IMG/VR virus record: IMGVR_UViG_3300031787_000100
Location: 2,214-66,213 of that record
DNA length: 64,000 nucleotides
Origin: a virus
Lineage: Duplodnaviria; Caudoviricetes
Direction: 5' to 3' (one strand)
Below the pieces are notes generated by a model. That model had not been told where the DNA came from, did not search any database, and worked only from the letters and a program-made list of their open reading frames with translations. Each line of letters begins with the position of its first letter. Position 1 is the first letter of the stretch. The position numbers and the translations under genes were made by a program. Below, piece after piece: positions 36,153 to 46,749 of the stretch.

Positions 36153-38159
36153 TTAGCGTTTCACCTCGCGAACGGCACCGGGAGGTGGTGTAGAACTGGT
36201 TCCGCCGGGGCTTGCTGCGCCGGGGGCTTCTGGAATTGTAATACCAAACTGTCCGTAGATGGCTTTTGTTCGGTCGTTAATCTGCTTCTCAATAGCGACA
36301 ATTTTTGCTTTGTTTGACGGTATTGGCATCTTGGCCAACTCTTTAAGTTGAGCTTGCCAGTTGTTAATAGTCTCGTCCCGTGCAGCCAACTGACTTGCCG
36401 CGTTAATCTTGGCAATTTCTTGGTTGTCTCCACGCTGGGCAGCAGCAGCCATAGCTGCGCGGTATGTCATATCCTGACCACGTCTTGTAACGTCTGCTTG
36501 TATGTCTTGTCCACGGGCGGTGCCTAAAGACTGCAGCTTTTCCCGATCAAACGCCCGCACATCCCCAACGTCTTTCTCACGAGCAGTTCTAACTCCCGTA
36601 GCAGAAGTAGTTTTCTCACCACGTTGGGTATCCTCAACGCCACCCATGAGTTCGTTAATCATCTTAGCCTGCGCTGCGTCTGCGGCACGTTTCTTCTCAG
36701 CCATGCTTGTGTATGCGGGAGCCAAACCAGACAGCCCTTTGTACTGACCAGACTTACCGAGCATGGCAATAAGCTCGTCCATGGGAGACAATTGCGTTGC
36801 CGCATACTGCTTGTTCATTTCCTCAATACGTTCCAGTTTGGCTTTACCGGCGGGTTCGTCTAAGCCCAGACGTTTCTTAATGTCTTGGTCTTCTGCAATA
36901 AGGTCTTCAACTTTGCGCTCTTTAGGGCCACCCTCCAGTGACGTTCTGTACATAGCTTCCATGCTATCTGGAGCAGGCGCTGCGGGTGCCGCAGGAGGCG
37001 CATTAGGGTTTACCTTAACTGCGTTAGGGTTGACGTTCTGTGGAACATTGCCCTGTGGTTTAGGTCTAGCCGACGCTGGAATAAGGTTGGGCGATACATT
37101 GATGCCGTTGCCCGTAGCAACCTGACCTGTACGGCGACCTTCGGTACCCATGTCTGGAGCCGGTGCTTTTGCAGCCAACCGAGCATTTTCAGAAGCCATG
37201 TCGCCTTTTTGCGATTCACGATATTTCTTGAGCGCGTCGCCTTCTTGGTCAATCAAAGCGGCAAGGCCAGTACCTGCGGCAGCACCGGCTATGGTGCCAG
37301 CAACAGGAGCGGGGATTAAACTTCCCACAGCACCACCTGCAATTGGCAACGCCGTTCTAGCGCCTGTACGGGCAAATTGTTTAATCTTCTCCGCCATTGG
37401 TACGTTAGGATCGTCATAAAACCCTTGGGCATCGCTTACTTCACCCAGTCCTTGATAAGCCGCTAAGCCTATGTTAGCGCCGGGAATCAGTTTAGTTTTT
37501 GCAGCGTTCTTTGCTGCGTCTATTGCGGGACGCATGGCTTGACCTGCGGCAAAAGCTTTTGGAGACGCACTGCCTTGAACGGTTTGCGGAGTTGGTGCTG
37601 CTTGTGCCGCTGGCGGTGAACCTTGTACGGAACGAAACATGTCCTTAATACTGTCTTGAGCGGCGGCGGGAGACTTTACAAAATCTGTGTAGTCAATACC
37701 CATGCTCTGTAAGAACTTAATAAACTCAGGGCCAGCTTTAACCTTGTCTCCAGTTGCAAACGCAACGATACCGCCACCGGCCATCTTGATATTGGACTGC
37801 AGTTGGTCAAGTCCGGCCATCTGTGGGGGTTGAGGTTGTGCTTCGGGTTGTGGAGTTCCCGTAGGTACAGGTCCTGACATAGGGCGTGCCTGCATCATTG
37901 CCTGCTGCTGCGCACCTTGCTGTGCTTGCTGAAGTCCTAATAGACCTGCTTTTTGCTCAATCTGTTCTTTGACGCTAGGCTGTTCTCCTTGCGCTGCGCC
38001 TTGCCTATTGTTGGCCATCTCAGCAAGTTTTGTTTTAGCCTGCATAACGCCAGTGGCTACCCATGGTGGGATCATGGCTGGATTCATTCCATCCACATAC
38101 TTTTGCAAGTCCGGTATGGGGAGCGATTGTGCGTATTCTTGCGCTTTAACGAGATTCAT
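36153..38159 (-). CDS. Probable internal virion / ejection protein
   Basis: 668 aa Ala/Gln-rich, hydrophobic Gly/Ala segment, position next to giant protein. Confidence 0.6.
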   Translation of the reverse strand: MNLVKAQEYAQSLPIPDLQKYVDGMNPAMIPPWVATGVMQAKTKLAEMANNRQGAAQGEQPSVKEQIEQKAGLLGLQQAQQGAQQQAMMQARPMSGPVPTGTPQPEAQPQPPQMAGLDQLQSNIKMAGGGIVAFATGDKVKAGPEFIKFLQSMGIDYTDFVKSPAAAQDSIKDMFRSVQGSPPAAQAAPTPQTVQGSASPKAFAAGQAMRPAIDAAKNAAKTKLIPGANIGLAAYQGLGEVSDAQGFYDDPNVPMAEKIKQFARTGARTALPIAGGAVGSLIPAPVAGTIAGAAAGTGLAALIDQEGDALKKYRESQKGDMASENARLAAKAPAPDMGTEGRRTGQVATGNGINVSPNLIPASARPKPQGNVPQNVNPNAVKVNPNAPPAAPAAPAPDSMEAMYRTSLEGGPKERKVEDLIAEDQDIKKRLGLDEPAGKAKLERIEEMNKQYAATQLSPMDELIAMLGKSGQYKGLSGLAPAYTSMAEKKRAADAAQAKMINELMGGVEDTQRGEKTTSATGVRTAREKDVGDVRAFDREKLQSLGTARGQDIQADVTRRGQDMTYRAAMAAAAQRGDNQEIAKINAASQLAARDETINNWQAQLKELAKMPIPSNKAKIVAIEKQINDRTKAIYGQFGITIPEAPGAASPGGTSSTPPPGAVREVKR

Positions 38160-38172
38160 GATTTACCTTTAC

Positions 38173-40146
38173 TTACGGCTTAATGCCCAAGTTAGCCAAT
38201 TTTTGATACAACGATGCTAAGCCAGAAATGTCTGTTTGCACTTTAGATAACGCGTCTTGATCTGTTGATTTAGTTTCTGCACCAATTGGCAAGCCTTCAA
38301 GCATCTTGCGCTGGAACTCCAAGTTAGTGTAAGGACGAGCTTGCTGTTCCTCAAACTGCCGTTTGTCAGCGGTAATACCCTCAGACTCAATTGCACGTTG
38401 AGTTTCACCGGCTCTCATTAAATCACTCAAAGACTTAAGTCCGTAGTCTGCGCTGTACCGGCGGGATTCTTCGGTGGCTTTCTGGGTATCTAATCCACGG
38501 CCTTGTTCAATATTAAACTGACCCATGGCGGTGTCGTACGCTTTGTTGTAGCCCGAACCGGTAATACCTGCCAAGTTAGCGCCCAAAGAACGCTGAGTTT
38601 CGGCATCAAGAATAGCTTGGCGTGAGCCACCAAATGCACCGGCTTGAGTCATCTTAGCAGCGTTCTGCTGTTGGGTAATTTGAGACTGGCGACGCGCTTC
38701 GTCAATCTGCGGCTGCAATGATGCCTGCAAATACGGGTTCATGTATTTGTTAGCGGCGCTGGCGTCAAATGTGCCAGAGGTAAAGGTCGCTGGATTAAAC
38801 CCACCCTTAGTTACTTCGCTAAGCCCTGCAAAACCTTGTTGTTGCAAGTTAGATGCGCCAGCCGTTAAAGGACCGCCGTAAGTTTGCATGGGGGCGTTAG
38901 TTAAAGCTTCGGTTTTACCCAACATATTGGTAACGTAGTCACCGGCCCAAGGGGACAGAGTAGAAGTCTTAGAGGTATCAAGCGGTATCCCGCCTTCTTG
39001 AAACTTCTGCACGGAGCCACCACCGGCATAAGCCGCAGCCAAACCACCTGAAGCTGCAGCAAGGAATTTGTCGGGGTTAATCTTTTTGCCCTGTTCCTTT
39101 GTGCCAGTACGAGCTTCGCGAATGCGGTCCATCATGGCATACAGTTTTTTAGCGCCAGCATCCGAGTTGCCATTACCTAGGTGGGATACCACATCGGCAG
39201 GGATTACGAACTCACCATGGCTTAGTGCTGCCTCTTGGTCGCCATCAATTGTGGTTGAAATCTTATCAGCCATGCCATCTGTGTCACCACCTAAATAGCG
39301 ACCTTTAGCCATTGCAATACCACCGTCAGCCATGCCAATTGAGTTAATTTTAAAGTTGGGGTCCATAAGCTGTTCTTTGGTTGGTATGGCAGCTATGCCT
39401 GCAGTGGTTCCTGTTGGAGTAGTTGCAGCGGCGGCAGGAGCGTTGTATTTCATAGCCATTTGCCCAGCGTATGGGTTAACCGCTGGAGGGGCGGCGGCAG
39501 GTTTATAGGCTGCCAAAATACCGGCTTTCTGTGCGTCCGAAGCGGCTTGGGCTGCGGCTAAGCCTGCAGCATCGCCTTGTTTTACGTAACGCGGGTCGGT
39601 CGTATACTGGCGACCAGCGGAGCCGGGTCTGCGGTTTGGATCGTTGTAGTCAATCTGTTGTGTAACTGCATCCATCTTAGGGACAGGGACGTTGTAGCCA
39701 CCCTCGTCTTTGTTAGTTGCAAGTTTATACGCGCCAATACCAGCAACTAACAATTTTTTGGGGTCAAATTTGCCGTTTGTTTTAAGCAGATCAATCGCTT
39801 TTGAACCATACTTTTTTATGTAGTTAAGCAAAGAATTGTCGCCGCCAGCAAAGTTCCCGTCTTTATCTGTGAAGCCGCCTTTCTCTGCGTTGTACGTAAA
39901 GTCAGTGCCTTTGCTGTCTTTAAAAGTTAGGTTGCCAGAGTCGTCTAACTTGTAGGCGTTGCCAGTTTCGTCTTGCAAAAAACCTTGCCCAGCAAGGGCT
40001 TCAGATGACGTCAGATCATAATCTTGCGATTCTCCCCCAGTAAAGTCGGAGGTATCAACGGTGCCGTCGTCGTAACATTGTTCTTCAACAATGGCAGACC
40101 CATCGTCTGGGTCATAGCCAACAATAATATCTTCACAAACTCTCAT
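38173..40146 (-). CDS. Probable DNA pilot / ejection protein
   Basis: YMNPY..GAFGGSRQAI segment and a DG..D.I..LSHGEFVIPADVV module. Confidence 0.6.
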   Translation of the reverse strand: MRVCEDIIVGYDPDDGSAIVEEQCYDDGTVDTSDFTGGESQDYDLTSSEALAGQGFLQDETGNAYKLDDSGNLTFKDSKGTDFTYNAEKGGFTDKDGNFAGGDNSLLNYIKKYGSKAIDLLKTNGKFDPKKLLVAGIGAYKLATNKDEGGYNVPVPKMDAVTQQIDYNDPNRRPGSAGRQYTTDPRYVKQGDAAGLAAAQAASDAQKAGILAAYKPAAAPPAVNPYAGQMAMKYNAPAAAATTPTGTTAGIAAIPTKEQLMDPNFKINSIGMADGGIAMAKGRYLGGDTDGMADKISTTIDGDQEAALSHGEFVIPADVVSHLGNGNSDAGAKKLYAMMDRIREARTGTKEQGKKINPDKFLAAASGGLAAAYAGGGSVQKFQEGGIPLDTSKTSTLSPWAGDYVTNMLGKTEALTNAPMQTYGGPLTAGASNLQQQGFAGLSEVTKGGFNPATFTSGTFDASAANKYMNPYLQASLQPQIDEARRQSQITQQQNAAKMTQAGAFGGSRQAILDAETQRSLGANLAGITGSGYNKAYDTAMGQFNIEQGRGLDTQKATEESRRYSADYGLKSLSDLMRAGETQRAIESEGITADKRQFEEQQARPYTNLEFQRKMLEGLPIGAETKSTDQDALSKVQTDISGLASLYQKLANLGIKP

Positions 40147-40156
40147 CTTGAGTCCT

Positions 40157-42955
40157 TTAGCGTAATAGGTTAAGCAGGTCGTCTACTGTCATCTGCTCCG
40201 CCAGCAGGTCATCAAGGTGCCCGCCGGTAGCCATTTTAGTAGTTTGTTGGGATTTTTTGTTGTCTTTTTTATCTGTGTCGTCAGATAAGAGTTCTGGCAA
40301 AGTTGCAAACAGATCAAAATCACCCATAGCGCCTGCATAAATAGGGCTTGTAGTTTCTGTATTGACCGCCGCAGTCGAGATGGCAGGGGTAATAGTCGGC
40401 GTAACGGTCGTTGGGGTTACAACCGTGGGAGGCGTAGTAGTAGTAGCAATTGGAACGCAACTTATACCATCTGGGCCGCGCTTAAAGCCAGTGCCGCATT
40501 TGGGTATGCAACTCTTACCGTCAGGACTTTTCTCTTCATTGGCTCCGCATACAAGCGTACTATCTTCAATTTTCTTTAACTCGCACCGTTCAGTAACTGG
40601 GTCCCAGTACTTACCATCTCCGCAATCAATGGGTACACATTTGCCCGCAGCATTTCGTTGTTGGCCGCTTGGACAGGCTTTAATTACGATCTCATCGTCT
40701 TTAACGCAGCTAATACCATCAGGACCCCGTGTATATCCCGGCCCGCATTTATTTAAACAACTTAGCCCATCGGGGCTTAGTTCTTGGTTGGCTCCGCATA
40801 CAAGCGTTTCAACTTTCCTTAGCTCGCATTGTTTGGTAACCGGGTCCCAATACTTGCCGTTGCCACAATCAATATCTTCGCATATGCCTTGAGCATTACG
40901 GACTTTGCCCTCGCCACAAGCGGTAACCGTAATGGTATCGGTGCCATCACCTTTTACCTCTACAGTTTCAACTTTCTTTAGCTCGCATTTACCTGTAGTT
41001 GGGTCCCAAAACTTACCTTCTCCGCAATCAATATCGACGCAATCGCCTTTAGCATTACGCACTTTACCCGGCCCACAAGCGGTAACAGTAACGGTGCCCT
41101 TGTCGGTGCCTTTATCTGTAACATCAACCGTTTCAATCTTTTTCAGTTCACATTGCTTGGTAACGGGGTCCCAGTATTTACCTTCGCCGCAGTCAATATT
41201 TACGCATATACCTGCTGCGTTACGGACTTTGCCCTCACCACAACCGGTCACATTGACGGTACCAAGATCGGTACCTTTTGTGGTTAGATTATTACCGGAA
41301 GTATCAACACCGGTAACGTCTTTATTACCGGTAACATTTAACGTTTCTGTGCCATCTGTGCCGCCGGGAATAGTTTCCCCCGTATCCAGACCCGTGGTAT
41401 CTGTAATGTTGCCACCGGCGTCAGTGCCGCCGTAGATCATGTCCAAGATGTCTTGGTTGCTCAGGCCGCTGTCTTTGTTTTCGCTGGCCCCAGCATCAAT
41501 ACCGCTTAGTAATTTGGTGATGTCTGCTGTATATTTGAGGCCCTTTGTTCCGTATTCGTCGTATACGGCTTTTTCTTCGGGCGTCAATTCGGCAATGGCT
41601 TTGGCGTCTAACGGAGCGTTTAGTTTTCTTTGCTGTGCAATCTCAGCATTTGCGGCAGAAATAGCGGTGTTGATTAAAACTTGATCCAACGGTTTGCCAG
41701 ATACCGTGCCAACTACAGCATTGGAAATCAGTTTTTTCTGAGTGTTGCTCAGTTCCTTAAACCCCTCTATATTGGGCAACAGTGCGTTTACCGCACCGTT
41801 CAATCCACCACTGGTAAATCCTTTTACCACGGCATCGCTAAGGTCTTGGCCAGTCAATAAAGCTTTTGCGCCAGATACTGTTGCAGTCTGGACAGCGTTG
41901 TTCAAAGTTTTAGTTAGTTCTACTGGCAACCCCAGATCACTGATAAAGCTATTGGCTTCTTTCATGATGTCTGTGCCGGGAATCTGCGCTACCGCAAAAC
42001 TGACCGCCGCGTTTTTAATTGCGTCGTCAAGGTCTACACCGCTTAAAACTTGAATTGCCATCTGTGCAGCAATCTGTTGGGGGATAGACAGTCCACCCGT
42101 AGCAATAGCCAAACCAATCTGACCAATAGGGCCAAGGTCTTCTAGTAGGTTTGCAAGGTCATTTGACGAGGCGTACGTGGTGTAGAAAATAGGGGTGCCG
42201 TCAGGCGTAAACTGCACGCGATAGCCAGTATTACCATCTCCAGCAAAGGTACCGCCCCAAGCATTTCCTGTTTGGCGCTCGCTGTATGTATTGGGTACTG
42301 CTTGACCAGTAGCTTTATTGCCAAAAGTTTCACCAACTGCAACAACAGGTTTTCCATCTTTAAATGTAATTTTTGATTGATCAACTGGAGTAACAGTGTC
42401 GAAGCCGACATACAGACCATAAACAGACCCAAGTTTTGCGTCAGGAGGAACTGGCGCAAACTGTGTTACGGGGTACTGTTGTCCAGTGTCCCAGTCGTAT
42501 TGATATTCTCCTGTTGGTTGGCGAATATAGCTAACAGTTTTGCCCTCTTCATCAGTCGTGGTAATGACTTGTTGGCCGTTATACGTTTTGTACATTTCTT
42601 GTACCGGCTCATACGCTGTAACCTTACCAAACTGCTTAATGTCGGTAATCCCAATACCAGTCAGGATGGTAGCCATGTCTTTGGCATTTGCTTCAGCAGA
42701 ACCGTAGCCTTGACCTTTCCATTGGGAGGTCAGCTTTTGACCAAGAATTTGGTTTGCAAGAGTGTCAATATTTTTGGTTAAGCCTTCAGTCCCAGCACGG
42801 TTTTCATTCCTCCCGTAGTTGCGGTAATGGTATGCGACGTAAGATTCTGGCGTCCATTTACTAGGCGCTCGTGCTTTAAAACGCTCAAACTCAGCGTTCA
42901 CATCAGGATTGGCATCAAGATATTGTTGTGCAATAGATTTAACTGTTGTTGCCAT
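40157..42955 (-). CDS. Virion-associated protein with Cys-rich repeats
   Basis: 932 aa; tandem CxxG..RNA.G.C..IDCG.GK.WDP...C repeats; N-terminal YLDANPDV..HY..YG..ENR motif. Confidence 0.75.
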   Translation of the reverse strand: MATTVKSIAQQYLDANPDVNAEFERFKARAPSKWTPESYVAYHYRNYGRNENRAGTEGLTKNIDTLANQILGQKLTSQWKGQGYGSAEANAKDMATILTGIGITDIKQFGKVTAYEPVQEMYKTYNGQQVITTTDEEGKTVSYIRQPTGEYQYDWDTGQQYPVTQFAPVPPDAKLGSVYGLYVGFDTVTPVDQSKITFKDGKPVVAVGETFGNKATGQAVPNTYSERQTGNAWGGTFAGDGNTGYRVQFTPDGTPIFYTTYASSNDLANLLEDLGPIGQIGLAIATGGLSIPQQIAAQMAIQVLSGVDLDDAIKNAAVSFAVAQIPGTDIMKEANSFISDLGLPVELTKTLNNAVQTATVSGAKALLTGQDLSDAVVKGFTSGGLNGAVNALLPNIEGFKELSNTQKKLISNAVVGTVSGKPLDQVLINTAISAANAEIAQQRKLNAPLDAKAIAELTPEEKAVYDEYGTKGLKYTADITKLLSGIDAGASENKDSGLSNQDILDMIYGGTDAGGNITDTTGLDTGETIPGGTDGTETLNVTGNKDVTGVDTSGNNLTTKGTDLGTVNVTGCGEGKVRNAAGICVNIDCGEGKYWDPVTKQCELKKIETVDVTDKGTDKGTVTVTACGPGKVRNAKGDCVDIDCGEGKFWDPTTGKCELKKVETVEVKGDGTDTITVTACGEGKVRNAQGICEDIDCGNGKYWDPVTKQCELRKVETLVCGANQELSPDGLSCLNKCGPGYTRGPDGISCVKDDEIVIKACPSGQQRNAAGKCVPIDCGDGKYWDPVTERCELKKIEDSTLVCGANEEKSPDGKSCIPKCGTGFKRGPDGISCVPIATTTTPPTVVTPTTVTPTITPAISTAAVNTETTSPIYAGAMGDFDLFATLPELLSDDTDKKDNKKSQQTTKMATGGHLDDLLAEQMTVDDLLNLLR

Positions 42956-42963
42956 GTTTTACC

Positions 42964-43629
42964 TTACGGGGGAGTTGGGCGGGGGTCAGGCAACCGCGCA
43001 ATAAAGTTTACAGCCATTACCGCCGAAGCAACAGCAGGGTATGGCGCAGATGCAGGAATAGCTTCCATTGTCACAGCAGTATCGTCTGCGCCCCAGTACA
43101 TCTCAATGTATTCATTGGCCGCCAAGTCAATGTCAAATATCCAAACAACATTCATGTGGTTGTCTGAACCTTCAATCGTGTACCTATGGGAAGAATATCC
43201 AATCGTTGTTGTACCGCGTTTGATCCAAATTTGCACATCTTTGGCAGATGCGTTAGTGCTTTTTAACTGAGCCGACAACTGGAAGTTGTAGACACCGGCA
43301 ACAGCCACTTCAATTTTGGATGTACTAGCGGCTTGGAGGGCCACAAAGTTATTAAGGTAAGTCTGGTTAAACGTGATGGGGTAGCCTGTATCTACAGCGG
43401 CCAGCGTCTGGTCTGCGGTGTTGAAAAACAGACCGTTAGGTACGTTAATGTTAGCTGGATCAATGGTTTCGCTTGTTTTTAGTTGAGCCAAAATTGCGTC
43501 AAGCCGATTGAAATACAGCCGCAGGACGTCGTTAAGCTGGTCGGTGTATTGCCGCTGATACTCCGTTGGAGCCAAGGGTAAGTTAGGCGCAACTACCTGC
43601 TGGATTTCAAATTCAGAAATAACAATCAT
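42964..43629 (-). CDS. Tail/virion structural protein (possible C1q/TNF-like beta domain)
   Basis: PNLPLAP.EY N-terminus; AGVYNFQLSAQL beta-rich domain. Confidence 0.55.
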   Translation of the reverse strand: MIVISEFEIQQVVAPNLPLAPTEYQRQYTDQLNDVLRLYFNRLDAILAQLKTSETIDPANINVPNGLFFNTADQTLAAVDTGYPITFNQTYLNNFVALQAASTSKIEVAVAGVYNFQLSAQLKSTNASAKDVQIWIKRGTTTIGYSSHRYTIEGSDNHMNVVWIFDIDLAANEYIEMYWGADDTAVTMEAIPASAPYPAVASAVMAVNFIARLPDPRPTPP

Positions 43630-45503
43630 GAGTTACCTCTGCGGCCATCTTGTTTGATGTCAATACGGGGGCTACCCAACTGCCATGCACATCCAAGTTG
43701 GTTTGATTCAACTTGCAAAATCATTTGGCGTCCACGAACCCTGACGTAAACTTGACCGGTAAATTGCTCGATAACAGATGTTGATGTACGGGTTACTGTA
43801 GCGTTCTCATTACCGCCCAACGAGATGGGGTCGTTATACCCAGAGCCAGCGTTTTGCATTGGGATTAGCGTCATAGTAACCTGCGGAGAAGCTGTGTCAG
43901 ACCCACGGAATGTAATGTCAGGCAACATCCTCCAGACAAATCCAAAGTGATCGCCGTCGTCAATGTCAAACTCAGCAGACCCAATGATTGCATTAATTGC
44001 TACAGGCGTGGCTGTTTCCGCATCGTCATTCCCAAATTCGTGGTTAACCAAGTTATATGTATATGTAGCAGCCAGTGGGTAATCGCGCAGCCCTGAGTCA
44101 AGCCATGCTGTACGGCCCAGCGTGCCATAAGACCACACGCCCTCGCCATTGTTTTCAAAATAATTAAAGATAACGTAGCTATCAATGACGGTGCTGTTGG
44201 CTGAGCAATAGAACCACCAGACTTCGTTAAAACCCTCGTTGGTTCCAGCAAACACTTGAGCCGCTTGGCTTAAATTAATATTTTGAAAAATGTGTTGGCG
44301 CAAATCGCAACGCAGAGTTTGAGTACGACCATCGTACTTATAGAACTTGTCTACGCCCATCCAATACACAACACCTGATGCAATAACGGCGGCGTTTTGA
44401 CTGAATATAGAAATGTTATCGCCAAGCAGTTGGCTTGACCAAATAGCTGGTGGGCCTTGGTACTGAAATGAATACACAGAAGAATCAGTAAAAACCACAA
44501 TCTCCTGACGGGTCTGAACACAAGTCACAATTCTAGAGCCGTGCGAAAGCCTAATGCTATTAGCCTGATTGGTAATAGATGGCGTCCAATTAACTACGGA
44601 TTCTTGGTCTGACCAGCGCACAAGCATGGGGTCTTGTGTAGCACTGCCAATTTCATTAGCGCCGAAAGCAAACACAAACCGGCTGATATCAGATACAAAA
44701 ATAAAGTTTTGCACTGTTGGAACATCGGAAGCTCCGGCCAAACTAGACACCAATACGCCACGGGTTGTTACACCATTAGTGGCGTCCCAATAGTAAAGCT
44801 GCCCCCCTGCTGGGGCAAAGATCAAATCTTCACCAAAGTTTTGCTGGCTCCAAATGCGAATATTTGTTTCAGTTGTGGATGGAGTTCCAACACCCCAAGC
44901 CCCTGCGCCCCACGCGCCCGCACCCCAACCTGTCAGGGCAACTTCAATTGCTGGGCCAACGCTTACTTGGTATGCGGCTACAACAGAAGCGCCCCCGCCC
45001 GTGGCTGTAGAAGTGGCTGCAGTAGCTGCCGTAATTGTGTATGTATTGGCAGTCAGTACCGTTATCTGATACTCATTGTTTAAATCCAACCCACCAACAG
45101 CCGTAGCGCCACTAAAAGTTACAAAATCGCCCGTTGCCCCACCATGCGCAGTATCAGTAACCGTAACTGTGGTACTTAAATTGGTTGTAGAAAACGGGTT
45201 GTTGTTGATGGTAGAAGACGAACGAATAGGCGTGATGTCGTTATACGCACCACCTTTTTCAATATAAAACTTTAAGTTAGTGCCCACTCCAATTAGATTG
45301 AAGTTTTGCAACGTAACCCAGTTCCACAAAGAACGACAAACACCTAAGAAAGTACTCGCAGATATGCGCTGCCAGCCGCCAATCTTTTCAGGCGTACCTT
45401 GGCGAAACCGCATCTTGTCGGATATATACCAACCGTTCTCGTTGGTATAGCGGGTGTTTTCTTGGTTTACACCCGGTTTCAGTACAAGTTTTTTCAGCGC
45501 CAT
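43626..45503 (-). CDS. Tail hub/nozzle protein (P22 gp10-like, tentative)
   Basis: 625 aa beta-rich; RF..G.PEKIGGW, RWSDQE, VRVRGRQ, DGRR C-terminus. Confidence 0.6.
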   Translation of the reverse strand: MALKKLVLKPGVNQENTRYTNENGWYISDKMRFRQGTPEKIGGWQRISASTFLGVCRSLWNWVTLQNFNLIGVGTNLKFYIEKGGAYNDITPIRSSSTINNNPFSTTNLSTTVTVTDTAHGGATGDFVTFSGATAVGGLDLNNEYQITVLTANTYTITAATAATSTATGGGASVVAAYQVSVGPAIEVALTGWGAGAWGAGAWGVGTPSTTETNIRIWSQQNFGEDLIFAPAGGQLYYWDATNGVTTRGVLVSSLAGASDVPTVQNFIFVSDISRFVFAFGANEIGSATQDPMLVRWSDQESVVNWTPSITNQANSIRLSHGSRIVTCVQTRQEIVVFTDSSVYSFQYQGPPAIWSSQLLGDNISIFSQNAAVIASGVVYWMGVDKFYKYDGRTQTLRCDLRQHIFQNINLSQAAQVFAGTNEGFNEVWWFYCSANSTVIDSYVIFNYFENNGEGVWSYGTLGRTAWLDSGLRDYPLAATYTYNLVNHEFGNDDAETATPVAINAIIGSAEFDIDDGDHFGFVWRMLPDITFRGSDTASPQVTMTLIPMQNAGSGYNDPISLGGNENATVTRTSTSVIEQFTGQVYVRVRGRQMILQVESNQLGCAWQLGSPRIDIKQDGRRGNS

Positions 45504-45511
45504 CGGTTGTC

Positions 45512-46015
45512 CTAAGATAGAAACAAGGCACGTTCAGCGTCCCTGCGCTTTTTTAGCCCTAGTAGTATTTTGCCACCAGCCATGCAATACAGCAAGAGCG
45601 CATCGGCTGCGCCTTCCCAGTCACCACGGTTTATTTTCATCCGAATAGAAGAACGCTGAAAAGCCCCCACTCCGGCGTTGAAGGCAAAGCTGACACACGC
45701 GTCGAAAGCGCCTTGACGACCAGATAAAGCGGGAGCAAGTCGTAGAACACCACGTTCAGTAGGGCCGACGTCATCTGTGAATAGTTTCTCGATCTCTTCT
45801 TTAGTCCAGACACGGTTGTCCTCCGGTTTCAGTGGCATCTCTTTGCGGATCATCCCTGTGTAGCCTTCCTTCCTGACTACGGGCAGGCGGATTTGCTCTT
45901 GATAGAGTACGTGCCCGTACCCAATCGTATGAATATGGGCAGGGCAGAGGTACGGTTTAGTGCGATACCCCTCCCACTGGTGCATCAAATCAGCGCCAGC
46001 TTTGCCTAGTTTCAT
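45512..46015 (-). CDS. Endolysin, GH24 lysozyme
   Basis: EG....Y.C....TIGYGH, FDACVSFAFNAG, GLKKRRDAE..LF. Confidence 0.9.
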   Translation of the reverse strand: MKLGKAGADLMHQWEGYRTKPYLCPAHIHTIGYGHVLYQEQIRLPVVRKEGYTGMIRKEMPLKPEDNRVWTKEEIEKLFTDDVGPTERGVLRLAPALSGRQGAFDACVSFAFNAGVGAFQRSSIRMKINRGDWEGAADALLLYCMAGGKILLGLKKRRDAERALFLS

Positions 46016-46515
46016 TTCTTGCTCCAGCTACGTGAGCCAAACCAAAAACCAATGATGCCTCCAAGCATTGCCATCTCATCAGTGCTGAACAGGATGTCAG
46101 TCAAACGAACCAAATCGTCCATGCTTGTAACCAAACTGGGGCGAGTGTAGATGTAGTAAGCCATCCAAGCGTTAATGGCACATAGTTCTAGCACAAAGAT
46201 GTAAGTGACCATCGGGCGCACAGTACCCACAAAGTTGACCACCCAGCGGCTGGCTTCTTCCATGATCTTTTTGTCGTGGTCATAGGCCGCTACAGTCATC
46301 TGCGCGTCTGTTTCCATAGCAATCTGATCGGTGCGAATCTCTTCCATGCGCTCTTGGGCGGCAAAGCCCTGCGCCATCATCTGAAGCTGTAACTCCATCT
46401 GCACACGGGCAAGAGCCAACTCATGCTTTTGGTCAGCCTTGTTCTGGAAGAAGTCTAGTAGTTTTGGTAGGCCCGATATGAGCAAGCCACCAAGGGTTGA
46501 AAATAGTGAAAGCAT
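46012..46515 (-). CDS. Holin-like membrane protein
   Basis: VRP..TY then TM segment, C-terminal IIGFWFGSR; adjacent to endolysin. Confidence 0.6.
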   Translation of the reverse strand: MLSLFSTLGGLLISGLPKLLDFFQNKADQKHELALARVQMELQLQMMAQGFAAQERMEEIRTDQIAMETDAQMTVAAYDHDKKIMEEASRWVVNFVGTVRPMVTYIFVLELCAINAWMAYYIYTRPSLVTSMDDLVRLTDILFSTDEMAMLGGIIGFWFGSRSWSKK

Positions 46516-46667
46516 TATCCGAGTCCTATCATTCCAAGTAGTTTATCGACAATTTTCCCCGCCAACTCATCTGGCAGGAATTGGAGAAACCCAAGCACCC
46601 ACCACGCAACACACAGCCTGACAAAAACTTTAAGGAAGAGGTCAAACTGTTTTTGGTACTCATTCAT
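46515..46667 (-). CDS. Small membrane protein (50 aa)
   Basis: Hand-translated MNEYQKQFDLFLKVFVRLCVAWWVLGFLQFLP... Confidence 0.55.
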   Translation of the reverse strand: MNEYQKQFDLFLKVFVRLCVAWWVLGFLQFLPDELAGKIVDKLLGMIGLG

Positions 46668-46749
46668 TGCCCAACCTTGGATAAATAACTATCCAAAAGA
46701 AATAGTTAAAAGGTACAGCAGACCAAAGCAATACATCAAACCAAGTCAT
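46660..46749 (-). CDS. Small membrane peptide (29 aa)
   Basis: Hand-translated MTWFDVLLWSAVPFNYFFWIVIYPRLGNE; fills the gap with overlaps at both ends. Confidence 0.45.
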   Translation of the reverse strand: MTWFDVLLWSAVPFNYFFWIVIYPRLGNE

